From an uncultured Candidatus Saccharibacteria bacterium (lineage in GTDB: Bacteria; Patescibacteriota; Minisyncoccia; Phycocordibacterales; DATDWN01), in the NCBI GenBank assembly GCA_964428435.1, contig CAYRYA010000004.1, positions 8,116 through 72,115 on the forward strand: DNA of 64,000 bases, written 5' to 3'. The position numbers were made by a program, and so were the translations under genes. Shown one piece after another: positions 27,574-37,882 of the stretch. The stretch's first letter is position 1. Each line of letters opens with the position of its first letter. The notes beneath the pieces are model-generated. The model was not told the DNA's origin. It made no database searches and worked only from the letters and a program-made list of their open reading frames with translations.

Positions 27574-30500
27574 TTATTTTTTCAATTTAAAGAACATTTT
27601 GTTTTTTTCCACTGCTTTTCGAGCAAAATCAAATGCTTGTTCAAAATCACTCTTTACACCAAACATACCAGTACCAAGTGAACGGTCATACTGCAAACCG
27701 ACACCCTCATCAATGACACTACCTGTACCAATCTTCTGCCCATTGAGTAATATTGTAAGCTCTGAGCCTTTCTGAAACACATTGATTCGTCCTCCGTTAT
27801 ACTCGATTGGGTACCGTAAGTCAATCATATCTGCAGGTAAATCCATAAGTCTTTTTTCGAGTTCAATATTGTATGCAGTACGAATATTTTTGAATTTTGG
27901 ATCAAATTGATACTCAGGTTTAAGTGGTAATTTTCCTGAAATAATATCTGAAGGTCGTATTTGTTCAGTATTCACTGAGACAATATCTTTAAAATTAACA
28001 GAACGAGCTGGGATATTCTCTATCGATGAAGACGCTACGATAGTTGCTGCATCAGCAGCTATAGATTCTCCTGGTGTAGCTGATACTTTCAATTCTGGTG
28101 TACTTTCAAGAACTGAAGGGTGTGTAGCAGGTGCAACCTGAGGAGGTTGTGTTTTAACAACATGATCTTCGACAGGAGTCGGATCAGTTGAAGTTGACAG
28201 ACCGTCCGCGTCAAACATTTTTCCTGTATAAGGATGTATTGCGCCATCACTTTCCATAAGTATCTCCGTTGCACCACTTCCATCACGCACCAAGGAAAGA
28301 TTTCCTTCTGCATCGATAGCAAGTTTTTCTCCTTTGAACCCGAATGCACTTTCTGCAGCTTGTCCTGGTTTAAAGAGACCTAAATCGAGAGCAATCTTTT
28401 GTGGAGACTGAGCAAATAGTTTTTCAAATGCAGGTGTAAGCGACTGACCTTGAGTCGCTTTTTTAAGTTGATCTATTGTGTCAATAAAACCTTTACTTGA
28501 AAGCCCTACTTCAACTGGTTGCATTGTTACAGGAATACTCTGCTCCACAACAGAGGCGGTAGGTTTTTCAATAATGGCTGTCTTTTGTGTAGGAGCATCT
28601 TCCTTAATGAGTTTATTCCACCATGAAGATTTTGTTGGAGCAGGAACATCAACAACAGAATGTGCTGTTGTAAGTGCATCATGTGCAGCATTTATTCCTG
28701 CGCCAGTACCCACGGACGTAGCTCCTCCCACTGCCATCATAAGCGCAGCTTTTTTTATACGATCACGTTTTGCCTGAACTTCTGCTTCTGACTCATATGC
28801 CTCAAAATCTCCAATTTTTTCATCCTGTTGCCCACCGTCAATTGTCGCGAAATTTTTCAAAGCTTTTTCTTTTTCAGCGAGCATCTTTTCTTGTTGTTGT
28901 TTACCTACCACAGACCCAGCATACTTTGCTCCCATTGCACCAGCGAAACCTCGCGCTGCTCGCATTGATGCAGTTGCAGCAAAACCTCCTACACCACCCG
29001 AAACGAGAGAAAAGAATGCTGATGATAGTGCAACACGAGCAAGGACAGGTAACTGTGCCCATTTATCCATAGACCTTGCCATAATACCTCTTTCTTTTTC
29101 AGGAAGAGCTTCTGCAATAAGCGTATTGAGCGTGTCTCGCTCCTTCTTAAACTGTTCCATTACTCCAATATCAAGATGTTTCGTTGTTTTTTTCTCAATA
29201 ATAGAAAAATCATGCGGCCGAGAAATTGTTTCCTCTACCTCAACATGACGTCGTGCAATAAAATTTCTCAATGCACGACCAGCCTCCATGTATTCTTTTT
29301 TAGCATCGAGATAGGCCTGATCTATATCTCCTTCAGCATCAGGACGCTGTTTAGACGGAACACCAAGTTCAGTCATAATCTTCTCATACACTTTCTTGCT
29401 TGAACGAATCTTTTCTTTACGAAGCGCTTCTTGTGCTGCAAAATGCTTAAGTGACTCCTCCAATTTAGACGAGAGTTCTTTTTCTATTTTTTCTGATTGA
29501 TCTTGCGTCATTGGTCCTGCTGGCTCAGGATATGCTGCTCCAATGAACTGATGCACAGCATTTGGAGAAATCTCAATTCGCTGAGCCTTGAGTGCGGCGT
29601 CACTGACACGCTCATCAAGACTTCTTTCAGATAAAGGTTTTTCAGTATATACCGGCGGTGGAGGTGCTACACCTCGTTCAGCAACATCTTTTACTGTAAT
29701 CACAGGGTGAGATACCACCTGAGTAGGTCTTATGGTGGTGACAGGGGGTATGATTTTCTTTGGACTCTGCAGAGGGATACTTGATCCCACAACCGGTGGT
29801 GGCTCTGGCGTCAACCAATCAGGGTAAGTTGTTTCTGTATCTTTCCCTTGCGCAATCTGTACCAAACTTTCATATTCACTTGGTAATAGTACAGCTTTAA
29901 CATCAGCTAAATTTTTAATGATATCTTCAATTTTTTCACCATCTACTTTGAATCTAAAAAATGTTTTTAGTGCTGTTTTTATGTTCTTATTTTCAATATC
30001 ATATTTTTTTATCAATCCGTTGAACGTATCCACTATTTTCTTATACGTAGGATTTTGAGGTTTTTCAACCATATCAGGACGCATCATAAATGCATTATGT
30101 ACTTTTGCCTCAGTAGTGTTGTATCCAGACGCATCATCAGTCATACCAGGACGCATCATAAATGCGTTGCGTACCTTTGCTTCAGTATTATATCGCGAAG
30201 CATCATCAGCCATCTTTTCTGGTTGAGGTGTTGACGTATCGAAACCTGATTGACCCAAAAAACCTTCGCCTGAAGGATCTATCCCCTCAATATTTCCTTG
30301 GTTTAATATATCCTCAACCCACACCGCACCATCTACAAGAGTACTCTTTACTTTATCTACCTGTGAAAGTTCTTGTGAACGATCAGATCCCCCCGCAAAG
30401 CCAAAGGTTGGTCTAAATGTTCCATCAACACCACCCTTCAAAAGATTTCTATCTAAGAGACTCTCTAATGCCCTACTAATACGTAGACGAAGATTTGATC

Positions 30501-30909
30501 CTCTTCCAGATCGAGGATCACCTTCACCTTTGTTTCGTAGAATTGCGTTAACAATCTGATCCGGTGTGAGCGGAGTTTCTTTTGTAACACTTATAACATC
30601 TTTCTCTATATCAGAAATTGGAAATTGTCCTGCAGTAATTTCTACTGGCTTTAACTCATTTTTTTGTAGAGGTGGTATGGAAACACGTATTGGTACTATT
30701 TTTTTAGAAACAGTAGATATTCTGTTTTTCAAAATTTTTCCAGATTCTTTTGCCGCCTGCTGAATACCTTCTTCAATCTCTTGTTCTTCTAACACACCGA
30801 AAGGATTTTTAACCCCTGTGTCTTCAAGCATTTCTGCTAACTCCTTAAGATATTTTTCGCGGTCTGGATTAAGTGGTTCTTTTTCGTATATTTTCTGAGA
30901 ATCTTCCAT
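27574..30909 (-). CDS. Large (about 1110 aa) hypothetical protein with Gly/Ala-rich hydrophobic segments
   Basis: Long open frame; TACAAT 6 nt before the MEDS ATG; internal 23-24 aa duplication. Confidence 0.8.
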   Translation of the reverse strand: MEDSQKIYEKEPLNPDREKYLKELAEMLEDTGVKNPFGVLEEQEIEEGIQQAAKESGKILKNRISTVSKKIVPIRVSIPPLQKNELKPVEITAGQFPISDIEKDVISVTKETPLTPDQIVNAILRNKGEGDPRSGRGSNLRLRISRALESLLDRNLLKGGVDGTFRPTFGFAGGSDRSQELSQVDKVKSTLVDGAVWVEDILNQGNIEGIDPSGEGFLGQSGFDTSTPQPEKMADDASRYNTEAKVRNAFMMRPGMTDDASGYNTTEAKVHNAFMMRPDMVEKPQNPTYKKIVDTFNGLIKKYDIENKNIKTALKTFFRFKVDGEKIEDIIKNLADVKAVLLPSEYESLVQIAQGKDTETTYPDWLTPEPPPVVGSSIPLQSPKKIIPPVTTIRPTQVVSHPVITVKDVAERGVAPPPPVYTEKPLSERSLDERVSDAALKAQRIEISPNAVHQFIGAAYPEPAGPMTQDQSEKIEKELSSKLEESLKHFAAQEALRKEKIRSSKKVYEKIMTELGVPSKQRPDAEGDIDQAYLDAKKEYMEAGRALRNFIARRHVEVEETISRPHDFSIIEKKTTKHLDIGVMEQFKKERDTLNTLIAEALPEKERGIMARSMDKWAQLPVLARVALSSAFFSLVSGGVGGFAATASMRAARGFAGAMGAKYAGSVVGKQQQEKMLAEKEKALKNFATIDGGQQDEKIGDFEAYESEAEVQAKRDRIKKAALMMAVGGATSVGTGAGINAAHDALTTAHSVVDVPAPTKSSWWNKLIKEDAPTQKTAIIEKPTASVVEQSIPVTMQPVEVGLSSKGFIDTIDQLKKATQGQSLTPAFEKLFAQSPQKIALDLGLFKPGQAAESAFGFKGEKLAIDAEGNLSLVRDGSGATEILMESDGAIHPYTGKMFDADGLSTSTDPTPVEDHVVKTQPPQVAPATHPSVLESTPELKVSATPGESIAADAATIVASSSIENIPARSVNFKDIVSVNTEQIRPSDIISGKLPLKPEYQFDPKFKNIRTAYNIELEKRLMDLPADMIDLRYPIEYNGGRINVFQKGSELTILLNGQKIGTGSVIDEGVGLQYDRSLGTGMFGVKSDFEQAFDFARKAVEKNKMFFKLKK

Positions 30910-31028
30910 GTGTACATTGTATCTCGGTAGTGACCACAGACGCAATGAAAAAAAATTTCGTATGTGTATAAAAAACAAAACTGGTATTTCACCAGTTTTG
31001 TTTTTTCATTTTTTATGAGTTACAACTT

Positions 31029-31233
31029 ACCTTGAGGGTTTATGCTTGAGTTCGAGGCAAGAGTCTTGAGAGAATTTGTAGACGTGAGAAGTGAGTGACC
31101 TCACTTCGCAAGACCTTGCCAGAGCTTTTGTAATCAAAAGATCGACAAGGTATACAGTTCCTGTAAGGAACAGTTGTACGGCGGAAAATTCTATCAGACG
31201 AGTAACGAAGAAATCGAGCAAAAGGACCAAGGT
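31029..31233 (+). repeat. Family E element with module F inserted in its apical loop
   Basis: GAATTTGTAGACGT-[F core]-TGTACGGCGGAAAATTC; abuts the fusA stop. Confidence 0.65.
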
Positions 31234-31234
31234 G

Positions 31235-33376
31235 TTACTTCCGAGACTCCACAATAGTTTTCTCGACGTTAGGTGGAACCACTTCATAATGATCAAACTC
31301 CATTGTTACCGATCCACGACCCTGAGTCATAGAACGAATATCTGTGGTGTATCCAAACATTTCTGATAGAGGAACTTTTGCTTTGATAACTTTCAAACCA
31401 AATCGCTCTTCCATACCTTCGATCTGACCTCGTTTTGATGAGAGTGAACCAGTCACATCTCCCATGAACTGTTCTGGCATTACCGCCTCTACTTTCATAA
31501 TCGGCTCAAGAATAACAGATTTTGCTCTCTTTGCTGCTTCCTGGAATGCCTGTGATGCAGCAATTTTGTATGCAATTTCAGATGAGTCCACGTCGTGGTA
31601 AGAACCGAATGTAAGTTCACACGATACGTTTACCATCTTGTATCCTGCCACAATACCTCGATCCATCGCCTCTTTAACACCCTTCTCTACAGCAGGAATA
31701 AATTCTTGTGGGATCACACCTCCTTTAATAGAGTCAATGAATTCAAACTCATCATATCGCTTCACGTTTTTAGCAACTTTCTCACCTTCAGCAAGTGGCT
31801 CAAGCGGCTTGATAGAGATCTTCACGTGACCGTACTGACCTTTACCTCCCGTCTGTTTGATGTATTTGTGTTCAGCTTCAGCAGAACCAAGAATAGTTTC
31901 TCGATATGCCACCTGTGGTTTACCGATATTTACTTCCACACCAAACTCTCGTTTCATACGATCAACCATGATTTCAAGGTGAAGCTCACCCATACCTGAA
32001 ATAATAGTTTCTCCTGTTTCAGTGTTTGATGAAATTCTAAATGTTGGATCTTCATCTCCAAGTTTCTTCAATGCCATACCCATTTTCTCTTGGTCAGCTT
32101 TTGTTTTAGGTTCAATTCGGAGAGATACCACTGGTTCAGCAAACTTGATTGGGTCAAGAATAATTGGTTTGTTTTCATCACAGAATGTATGCGATGTTTT
32201 CGCATTCTTGAGACCTACCGCAGCCGCGATTTCTCCTGCGTATACTTTTTTCACTTCTTCTCGGTCATTTGCCTGAAGTCGCACGATACGTCCAAGACGC
32301 TCTTTTTCACCTGTAGTTGAGTTATAGATATATGAACCTGATTCTACTGTACCTGAGTACACACGGAAGAATGTAAGCTGTCCTACGAATGGGTCTGTCT
32401 GGAGTTTGAATGCAAGTGCTGCAAATGGTTCATCGTCAGATGCCTTTCGAGAAATCTCCTCACCAGTCACTGGATCTGTACCGTGTACTGGTGGAATATC
32501 AAGTGGACATGGGAGGTAGTCTACCACTGCGTCAAGTACAAGCTGTACTCCTTTGTTTTTGAGTGCTGAACCAGTAAACACTGGGAAGAGTTTATTTGCG
32601 ATTACTGCTTTTCGAATCACTGCTTTCAATTCATCAATTGAAAATTCTTTTCCTTCGAGATATCCAGACATCATCGCATCATCAAACTCAACAGCCTTCT
32701 CTACAAGCTCTGCTCGGTACTTCACTGCATCTGCCATGTATTCTGCTGGGATTTCTTCCTCTCTGATCTTAATACCCATTTCACCTTCGAAATAATATGC
32801 TTTCATTTTCAAAAGGTCGATTACTGCTTCGAAGTTAGATTCTTCACCAATTGGAAGCTGCATTCGAACTGCATTTTTGTTGAGCCGTTCTACGATTGAC
32901 TTGAATGATCGATCAAACGATCCTCCTGTTCGGTCGAGTTTATTGATGAAACAGATTCGAGGCACATGATATTTATCTGCCTGTCGCCATACAGTTTCTG
33001 ACTGTGGTTCTACACCCGCTACACCATCAAAAACTACCACTCCACCGTCGAGCACTTTCAAGGATCGCTCTACTTCTACGGTAAAGTCTACGTGACCTGG
33101 TGTGTCGATAATATTGAATCGCAATTTCTTTGAAATATCTGTTCCCATGTATGTTGGGTTCCAGAAACAGGTAATAGCCGCAGCGGTAATAGTGATACCA
33201 CGCTCTTTTTCTTGTTCCATCCAGTCAGTGGTTGCTGCACCATCGTGCACTTCACCGATCTTGTGAGACATACCTGTGTAATACAAAATACGCTCTGATG
33301 TTGTAGTTTTACCTGCGTCAATGTGAGCAATAATACCGAAGTTTCGTACTCTCTCGAGTGGATAATCGCGATTCAT
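31235..33376 (-). CDS. fusA: Elongation factor G
   Basis: [30 protein letters not shown]; start moved to MNRD. Confidence 0.98.
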   Translation of the reverse strand: MNRDYPLERVRNFGIIAHIDAGKTTTSERILYYTGMSHKIGEVHDGAATTDWMEQEKERGITITAAAITCFWNPTYMGTDISKKLRFNIIDTPGHVDFTVEVERSLKVLDGGVVVFDGVAGVEPQSETVWRQADKYHVPRICFINKLDRTGGSFDRSFKSIVERLNKNAVRMQLPIGEESNFEAVIDLLKMKAYYFEGEMGIKIREEEIPAEYMADAVKYRAELVEKAVEFDDAMMSGYLEGKEFSIDELKAVIRKAVIANKLFPVFTGSALKNKGVQLVLDAVVDYLPCPLDIPPVHGTDPVTGEEISRKASDDEPFAALAFKLQTDPFVGQLTFFRVYSGTVESGSYIYNSTTGEKERLGRIVRLQANDREEVKKVYAGEIAAAVGLKNAKTSHTFCDENKPIILDPIKFAEPVVSLRIEPKTKADQEKMGMALKKLGDEDPTFRISSNTETGETIISGMGELHLEIMVDRMKREFGVEVNIGKPQVAYRETILGSAEAEHKYIKQTGGKGQYGHVKISIKPLEPLAEGEKVAKNVKRYDEFEFIDSIKGGVIPQEFIPAVEKGVKEAMDRGIVAGYKMVNVSCELTFGSYHDVDSSEIAYKIAASQAFQEAAKRAKSVILEPIMKVEAVMPEQFMGDVTGSLSSKRGQIEGMEERFGLKVIKAKVPLSEMFGYTTDIRSMTQGRGSVTMEFDHYEVVPPNVEKTIVESRK

Positions 33377-33549
33377 AAAATAATGATTAAAGATTAATGA
33401 TAAAAGATTAAAGAATAATACAGAAATGCATACACAAATCAATACAACTCAAAAAAGCTGAGGCGACTTGAATACCCAAAACTATATACTAAAAGCGCCC
33501 TGTGGGCAACTTGGTTGACATATATTTTGTACATGTTTAAATAGTCTTC

Positions 33550-33750
33550 ATGTCTGTTCTTTCAACAACCACCCCCCCAGAGACGGCGTCTTTCGCTGCG
33601 GGCCAAGAAGCTTGGCACAATGGGAATCGCGTATTCATCGTCATGGAGGTAAATCGTCGGCTTAAACCTAACGAGCCCTCTTACAAAGTCCGCCAAGGAT
33701 TGACCGCCATCACAGTCTCGCACAGCGAGCTCTCCCTGACAAGGCGCTAG
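33550..33750 (+). CDS. Orphan 66 aa ORF between fusA and rpsG, opposite strand
   Basis: TTGACA at 33515 upstream; hairpin CGCCTCCCCTAGTTAGGGGAGGCG downstream; no SD. Confidence 0.45.
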   Translation: MSVLSTTTPPETASFAAGQEAWHNGNRVFIVMEVNRRLKPNEPSYKVRQGLTAITVSHSELSLTRR

Positions 33751-34030
33751 CACCTATTTCTCCAACCTCGCCTCCCCTAGTTAGGGGAGGCGTTAACTTA
33801 TATAAAACAATACCATTTAAAAAACATCCTTCCGGATGTTTTTTAAATTACCATGCACTGTTTTATTTCGACTAGCTTCGAGTGAAATAGAAGAGTAATC
33901 TCTTTTATTTTCGAGATGCGACGTCGAAACCAGAGGTAATCCTCTTTATTTTGCGTAGTAAAAACCTCAAAAAGTTTTTTAAATGGATGGGCCGCCAAGA
34001 GTACTCGGCGTGCTCCATTTTGCAACTGGA

Positions 34031-34062
34031 AATTAAAACCACCCTTTCGGATGGTTTTAATT
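34031..34062 (-). terminator. Terminator after rpsG
   Basis: AATTAAAACCACCC-tttc-GGATGGTTTTAATT. Confidence 0.7.
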
Positions 34063-34532
34063 TACCAGGCAAAATGGGCAAACGCTTTGTTGGCTTCAGC
34101 CATTTTATGAGTGTTTTCTCGTTTCTTCACTGCTTCACCCTCATTTTTAGCTGCAAGCATGATTTCTTCTGCAAGCTTTTCTGCCATCGGAGAGCCTTTT
34201 TTAGATCGAGCTGCTTCTACAATCCATTTCATTGAAAGATAGTTTCGTCGCTCTGGTCGAACTTCTCGAGGAATCTGGTAGTTTGCACCTCCCACTCGTC
34301 GTGATCGTACCTCCATCAAAGGTCCTGTGTTCTTGAGTGCTGTATCGAAAACCTCCATAGGATCTTCAACCTTTGCCTTTTCTTTAATAGTCTCGAGTGC
34401 ACCATATACAATACCTCGTGCAGTCTCTTTCTGTCCTCGTTCCATAACATAGTTAATAAACTTAGAGATTTTCTCTGAGTTGTATACGTGGTCCGCAGAC
34501 ACCATATTTCGATTTGTTACTTTTCGTCGCAT
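34062..34532 (-). CDS. rpsG: 30S ribosomal protein S7
   Basis: EVRSRRVGGANYQIP, HKMAEANKAFAH. Confidence 0.97.
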   Translation of the reverse strand: MRRKVTNRNMVSADHVYNSEKISKFINYVMERGQKETARGIVYGALETIKEKAKVEDPMEVFDTALKNTGPLMEVRSRRVGGANYQIPREVRPERRNYLSMKWIVEAARSKKGSPMAEKLAEEIMLAAKNEGEAVKKRENTHKMAEANKAFAHFAW

Positions 34533-34541
34533 GTTTTGTTT

Positions 34542-34620
34542 GGATTGATGATTATAGATTAAGGATTAATGAAAGGGATTTCTCTGATTCTTTAATCTTT
34601 AATCCTGTATCTTTAATCTA
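34542..34620. repeat. Family A palindromic element
   Basis: gattaaggattaatgaaagggatttctctgattctttaatctttaatcc. Confidence 0.85.
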
Positions 34621-35043
34621 TTTCTTAGTTGCACCACCTTTACCTTTCTTTGCACCATATCGACTTCGAGATTTACCTCGTTTGTCTACACCTGTCGCAT
34701 CGAGTACACCTCGAACGATCTGATATCGGAGTCCTACGTCTTTTACCTTTCCACCTCGGAGCATTACCACTGAGTGTTCCTGGAGTGTATGACCCATACC
34801 TGGGATGTATGCAGTAACTTCCATACCGTTTGAAAGTCGAACTCGGGCAATTTTTCGAATCGCTGAGTTAGGTTTCTTTGGAGTCTTTGTAGTTACTTTT
34901 GTACACACCCCTCGTTTAAATGGTGATGAATAAAAAATAGGGCGGTTCTTAAGTACGTTAAAACCACGAGTAAGCGCAACTGATCGCACTTTTCGCTTTA
35001 CGCTTGAACGGCTTTTCTTTACTAATTGATTTATCGTTGACAT
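34618..35043 (-). CDS. rpsL: 30S ribosomal protein S12
   Basis: [27 protein letters not shown]. Confidence 0.97.
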   Translation of the reverse strand: MSTINQLVKKSRSSVKRKVRSVALTRGFNVLKNRPIFYSSPFKRGVCTKVTTKTPKKPNSAIRKIARVRLSNGMEVTAYIPGMGHTLQEHSVVMLRGGKVKDVGLRYQIVRGVLDATGVDKRGKSRSRYGAKKGKGGATKK

Positions 35044-35356
35044 TGGCTACTACTCTAATACATATCAGGTAAAAATGCAACAGCTCTTTAAAGTATTTTA
35101 CCTGTCCTCTAAATAAACATCTTTTTCTTGCTTCCTTCAAGCCTCCGGCGAGGCTCTCAGCCGTCCTCAGCCCAAACCTGTCAAGAACGGGGTGCCTTGA
35201 CAGGTCCATGCTTTGGGCCTGCGGGGGCGCGAAAAAGACATTTATTCAGGGGACTTTCCGAGTATTACGGAACCATTGACACACTTGTTTTTTAATGTGA
35301 AGTGTGATATATTTTTTTCGAACAGTAGTACAATCAACAAACAGGAGTTCTCCTTC

Positions 35357-35890
35357 ATGATCATTCCAGTTGTATCCCGAAAGACCCGACAGGCTGTGAT
35401 GGCGGAGTTTTATTCTTACGAGCACGCCTCAAAATACTGCAGTGCTATGTGCACGAGGTTAGAACAGATTGAGGAGGGTGGGGAAGGACTTAATCCTGTT
35501 ATATCCAAACTTCTCTTCAAAATTCTTACTGTCTACAAAGACAAGAGAATGGCAGGACATATGGTTACATTTGGCTTCATGGTCTATCAAGCAATCGAGA
35601 TGACTATAGGAACTGAAAACATGCCGAGGCTCGATGACCATATTGGTGCTCCTATTCAACAAGAGTACTTGAGAGACCCAAAGGGTTGTTCTCAAAGTCT
35701 TTCAAGTCGTGTTGCACAGGAAAATACTCAGATTTCGATGCTTTGTGTCGACCTTTGCGGTCTTCTTGTGATGTCTGACGATCCGAAAGAAAAGAAAATT
35801 CCATCCATGGCAATGGCCGCAGGCATGATGGTTTATCGTTTCCTAGAGAGTCAGATGGAAGCCGATCGAATGAAGAAAAGTTTCCTATAG
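35357..35890 (+). CDS. Orphan helical protein (about 177 aa)
   Basis: TTGACA at 35276, AGGAG before ATG, GC hairpin at about 35898..35935. Confidence 0.7.
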   Translation: MIIPVVSRKTRQAVMAEFYSYEHASKYCSAMCTRLEQIEEGGEGLNPVISKLLFKILTVYKDKRMAGHMVTFGFMVYQAIEMTIGTENMPRLDDHIGAPIQQEYLRDPKGCSQSLSSRVAQENTQISMLCVDLCGLLVMSDDPKEKKIPSMAMAAGMMVYRFLESQMEADRMKKSFL

Positions 35891-35938
35891 TTTCGCCAAC
35901 CGCCCTCACGGACAAGATCCGTTGGAGGGCGGATTTTG

Positions 35939-36559
35939 TTACATCCCCACCCCAGTAATCACCTGGAAAAGAAAGCTCACTACCGGAGAGAGAAACTGTG
36001 ACAAGAAAAATACGAAGAAAATAAGGATTGTTGTGCCGTAGGCTTCCATGGTAGCCCGTAGGTGAGCCATATTGTAGGGTAAAAAGGCAAAGAGGATCTT
36101 TGATCCATCAAGAGGTGGGATGGGTACAAGGTTAAAGCATGCAAGAACAAGGTTAATTATGGTAATAGTTGCTGATATGTGCAGAAAATCCGTAGATACA
36201 GAAAACACACCTATTGTTGCAAAGCGTATAATGAGTCCGAAAAACACTGCAATACATATATTAATGAATGGTCCAGCAAAAGCCACTATTGCTTCACCCC
36301 ATTTTTGATTCTTGAGATTATACGGGTTAAAAGGTACTGGTTTTGCCCAACCAATAATAAAACCACCAAGCTGGTATGCTAAAAATGGCAGAATAACTGA
36401 ACCAAACCACTCTAAATGCTTGAGTGGATTAAGCGTGAGTCGACCCTGGAACCGTGCAGTGTTATCCCCCTGGAGATACGCAGCATACCCATGGGCAACC
36501 TCGTGAGCAACCACTGAAAACATAAGGATAAGTAATGAAAAGATAAAATCGATTTGCAT
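35939..36559 (-). CDS. Site-2 protease (M50 family)
   Basis: HEVAH, AGP, FNLVPIPPLDG. Confidence 0.93.
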   Translation of the reverse strand: MQIDFIFSLLILMFSVVAHEVAHGYAAYLQGDNTARFQGRLTLNPLKHLEWFGSVILPFLAYQLGGFIIGWAKPVPFNPYNLKNQKWGEAIVAFAGPFINICIAVFFGLIIRFATIGVFSVSTDFLHISATITIINLVLACFNLVPIPPLDGSKILFAFLPYNMAHLRATMEAYGTTILIFFVFFLSQFLSPVVSFLFQVITGVGM

Positions 36560-36599
36560 ATTGGTAAAATTATGCTACCATATTCCCACATACAAATAT

Positions 36600-36842
36600 A
36601 TGGCAAAAGCATGTCCAATAACTAAAAAGAGTTCTCAACTCCAGGGCGGATACTCAAACCGAACTCGTGCAACCAAGTTCAACCCAACTGGTATCGTACG
36701 AAAATACGCAAACCTTCAGAAAAAGAAGATTTATATTCCTGAACTCAAAAAGAGTATTACTATGGAGCTCTCTACTCGAGCAATCAAAACTATGCAGAAA
36801 AATGGAGTGTATGCTACTTTGAGAAAAGCTAAGTTAGTCTAA
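36600..36842 (+). CDS. rpmB: 50S ribosomal protein L28
   Basis: MAKACPIT, NLQKKKIY, LSTRAIKT. Confidence 0.88.
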   Translation: MAKACPITKKSSQLQGGYSNRTRATKFNPTGIVRKYANLQKKKIYIPELKKSITMELSTRAIKTMQKNGVYATLRKAKLV

Positions 36843-36844
36843 GT

Positions 36845-36899
36845 TCTTTGGTCTTTTTCACTTATTTCATAAGCGACCTAAGCGAAAAATCCTCAAAGA
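36845..36899 (-). repeat. Family E element, internally deleted
   Basis: Reverse complement matches both outer arms of 25784..25904. Confidence 0.7.
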
Positions 36900-36957
36900 T
36901 TCTTTACATAACTCTCATCTCATGCAAGAAAATAAAAACCTCCAGAGATGGAGGTTT

Positions 36958-37836
36958 TTATTTTCTTCTTTTAAACACTTTACCGTCCGACTCAAATACA
37001 ATAGTCCCCTCGTCCATCGTTACCAACGTCTCTACGTTGTTTTTATGAAGTGTATCGAGTGTGGCTTGTTTTGGATGCCCGTACGAATTATCTTTTCCTG
37101 CAGAAATAATTGCAACCTCTGGACTAACCGCTTTTACAAATTCATCTCCTGTTGATGTATCTGAGCCATGATGTGCAACTTTGAGTATGTCAGCGTCCAG
37201 ATATTCTTTATATTGGTTTACAATATATTGCTCTATATTTTTTGTAGTATCACCAGTGAGCATAATAGACGTATCTTTATACACCAGTCGTGCAACCAGT
37301 GAACCTTCATTATGCGAAACATCTTCCACATCTCTATCTGGAAAAATAATATCAATATAGGCACCGCCTCCAAGCAAAATCTTTTGTCCTGTGCGTGCAA
37401 CCAACACGGGAACCTCTTGTTCCATAAGAATACGTTTAAATTCTTGATATATTGGATTATTATCAGCTTTTACACCAGGTTCAAGCACAGCTTCAACATC
37501 ATACCGTGACAAAAGTGGTATAAAACCTTCGAAATGATCTCGATCAGGATTGGTTACAATAATCATATCGATACTTCTATCAATAAGAGGCATTTGCGCA
37601 GCAACCTTAGAAACAAGAGCACTACCTGGTCCACCATCAATCACAACCTGATTACCTGTTGGTGATTCAATGAAAATTGCATCACCTTGTCCCACATCAA
37701 GGAATGCGACTCGAAGTGGACGTTCATGTGTTTGAAAAACAAAAAATAATACTGCGATCACACACACAAACAGCGTAAAGAGTGTATATATTTTCCAGTA
37801 CGTATGGATATTTTCTTTAATCCAGTTTTTATTCAT
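36958..37836 (-). CDS. ComEC-type metallo-beta-lactamase domain protein
   Basis: FLDVGQGDA, TNPDRDH, LTGD, KVAHHGS, YGHP. Confidence 0.9.
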   Translation of the reverse strand: MNKNWIKENIHTYWKIYTLFTLFVCVIAVLFFVFQTHERPLRVAFLDVGQGDAIFIESPTGNQVVIDGGPGSALVSKVAAQMPLIDRSIDMIIVTNPDRDHFEGFIPLLSRYDVEAVLEPGVKADNNPIYQEFKRILMEQEVPVLVARTGQKILLGGGAYIDIIFPDRDVEDVSHNEGSLVARLVYKDTSIMLTGDTTKNIEQYIVNQYKEYLDADILKVAHHGSDTSTGDEFVKAVSPEVAIISAGKDNSYGHPKQATLDTLHKNNVETLVTMDEGTIVFESDGKVFKRRK

Positions 37837-37882
37837 AGCTATGCTATAGTATAACAACAATTAGACATCAATTAATACACAT

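Noticed and set aside
33843-34025. 60 aa minus-strand ORF
   Set aside because: Overlaps a hairpin-rich spacer, has a non-ATG start and no recognisable motif; treated as non-coding.
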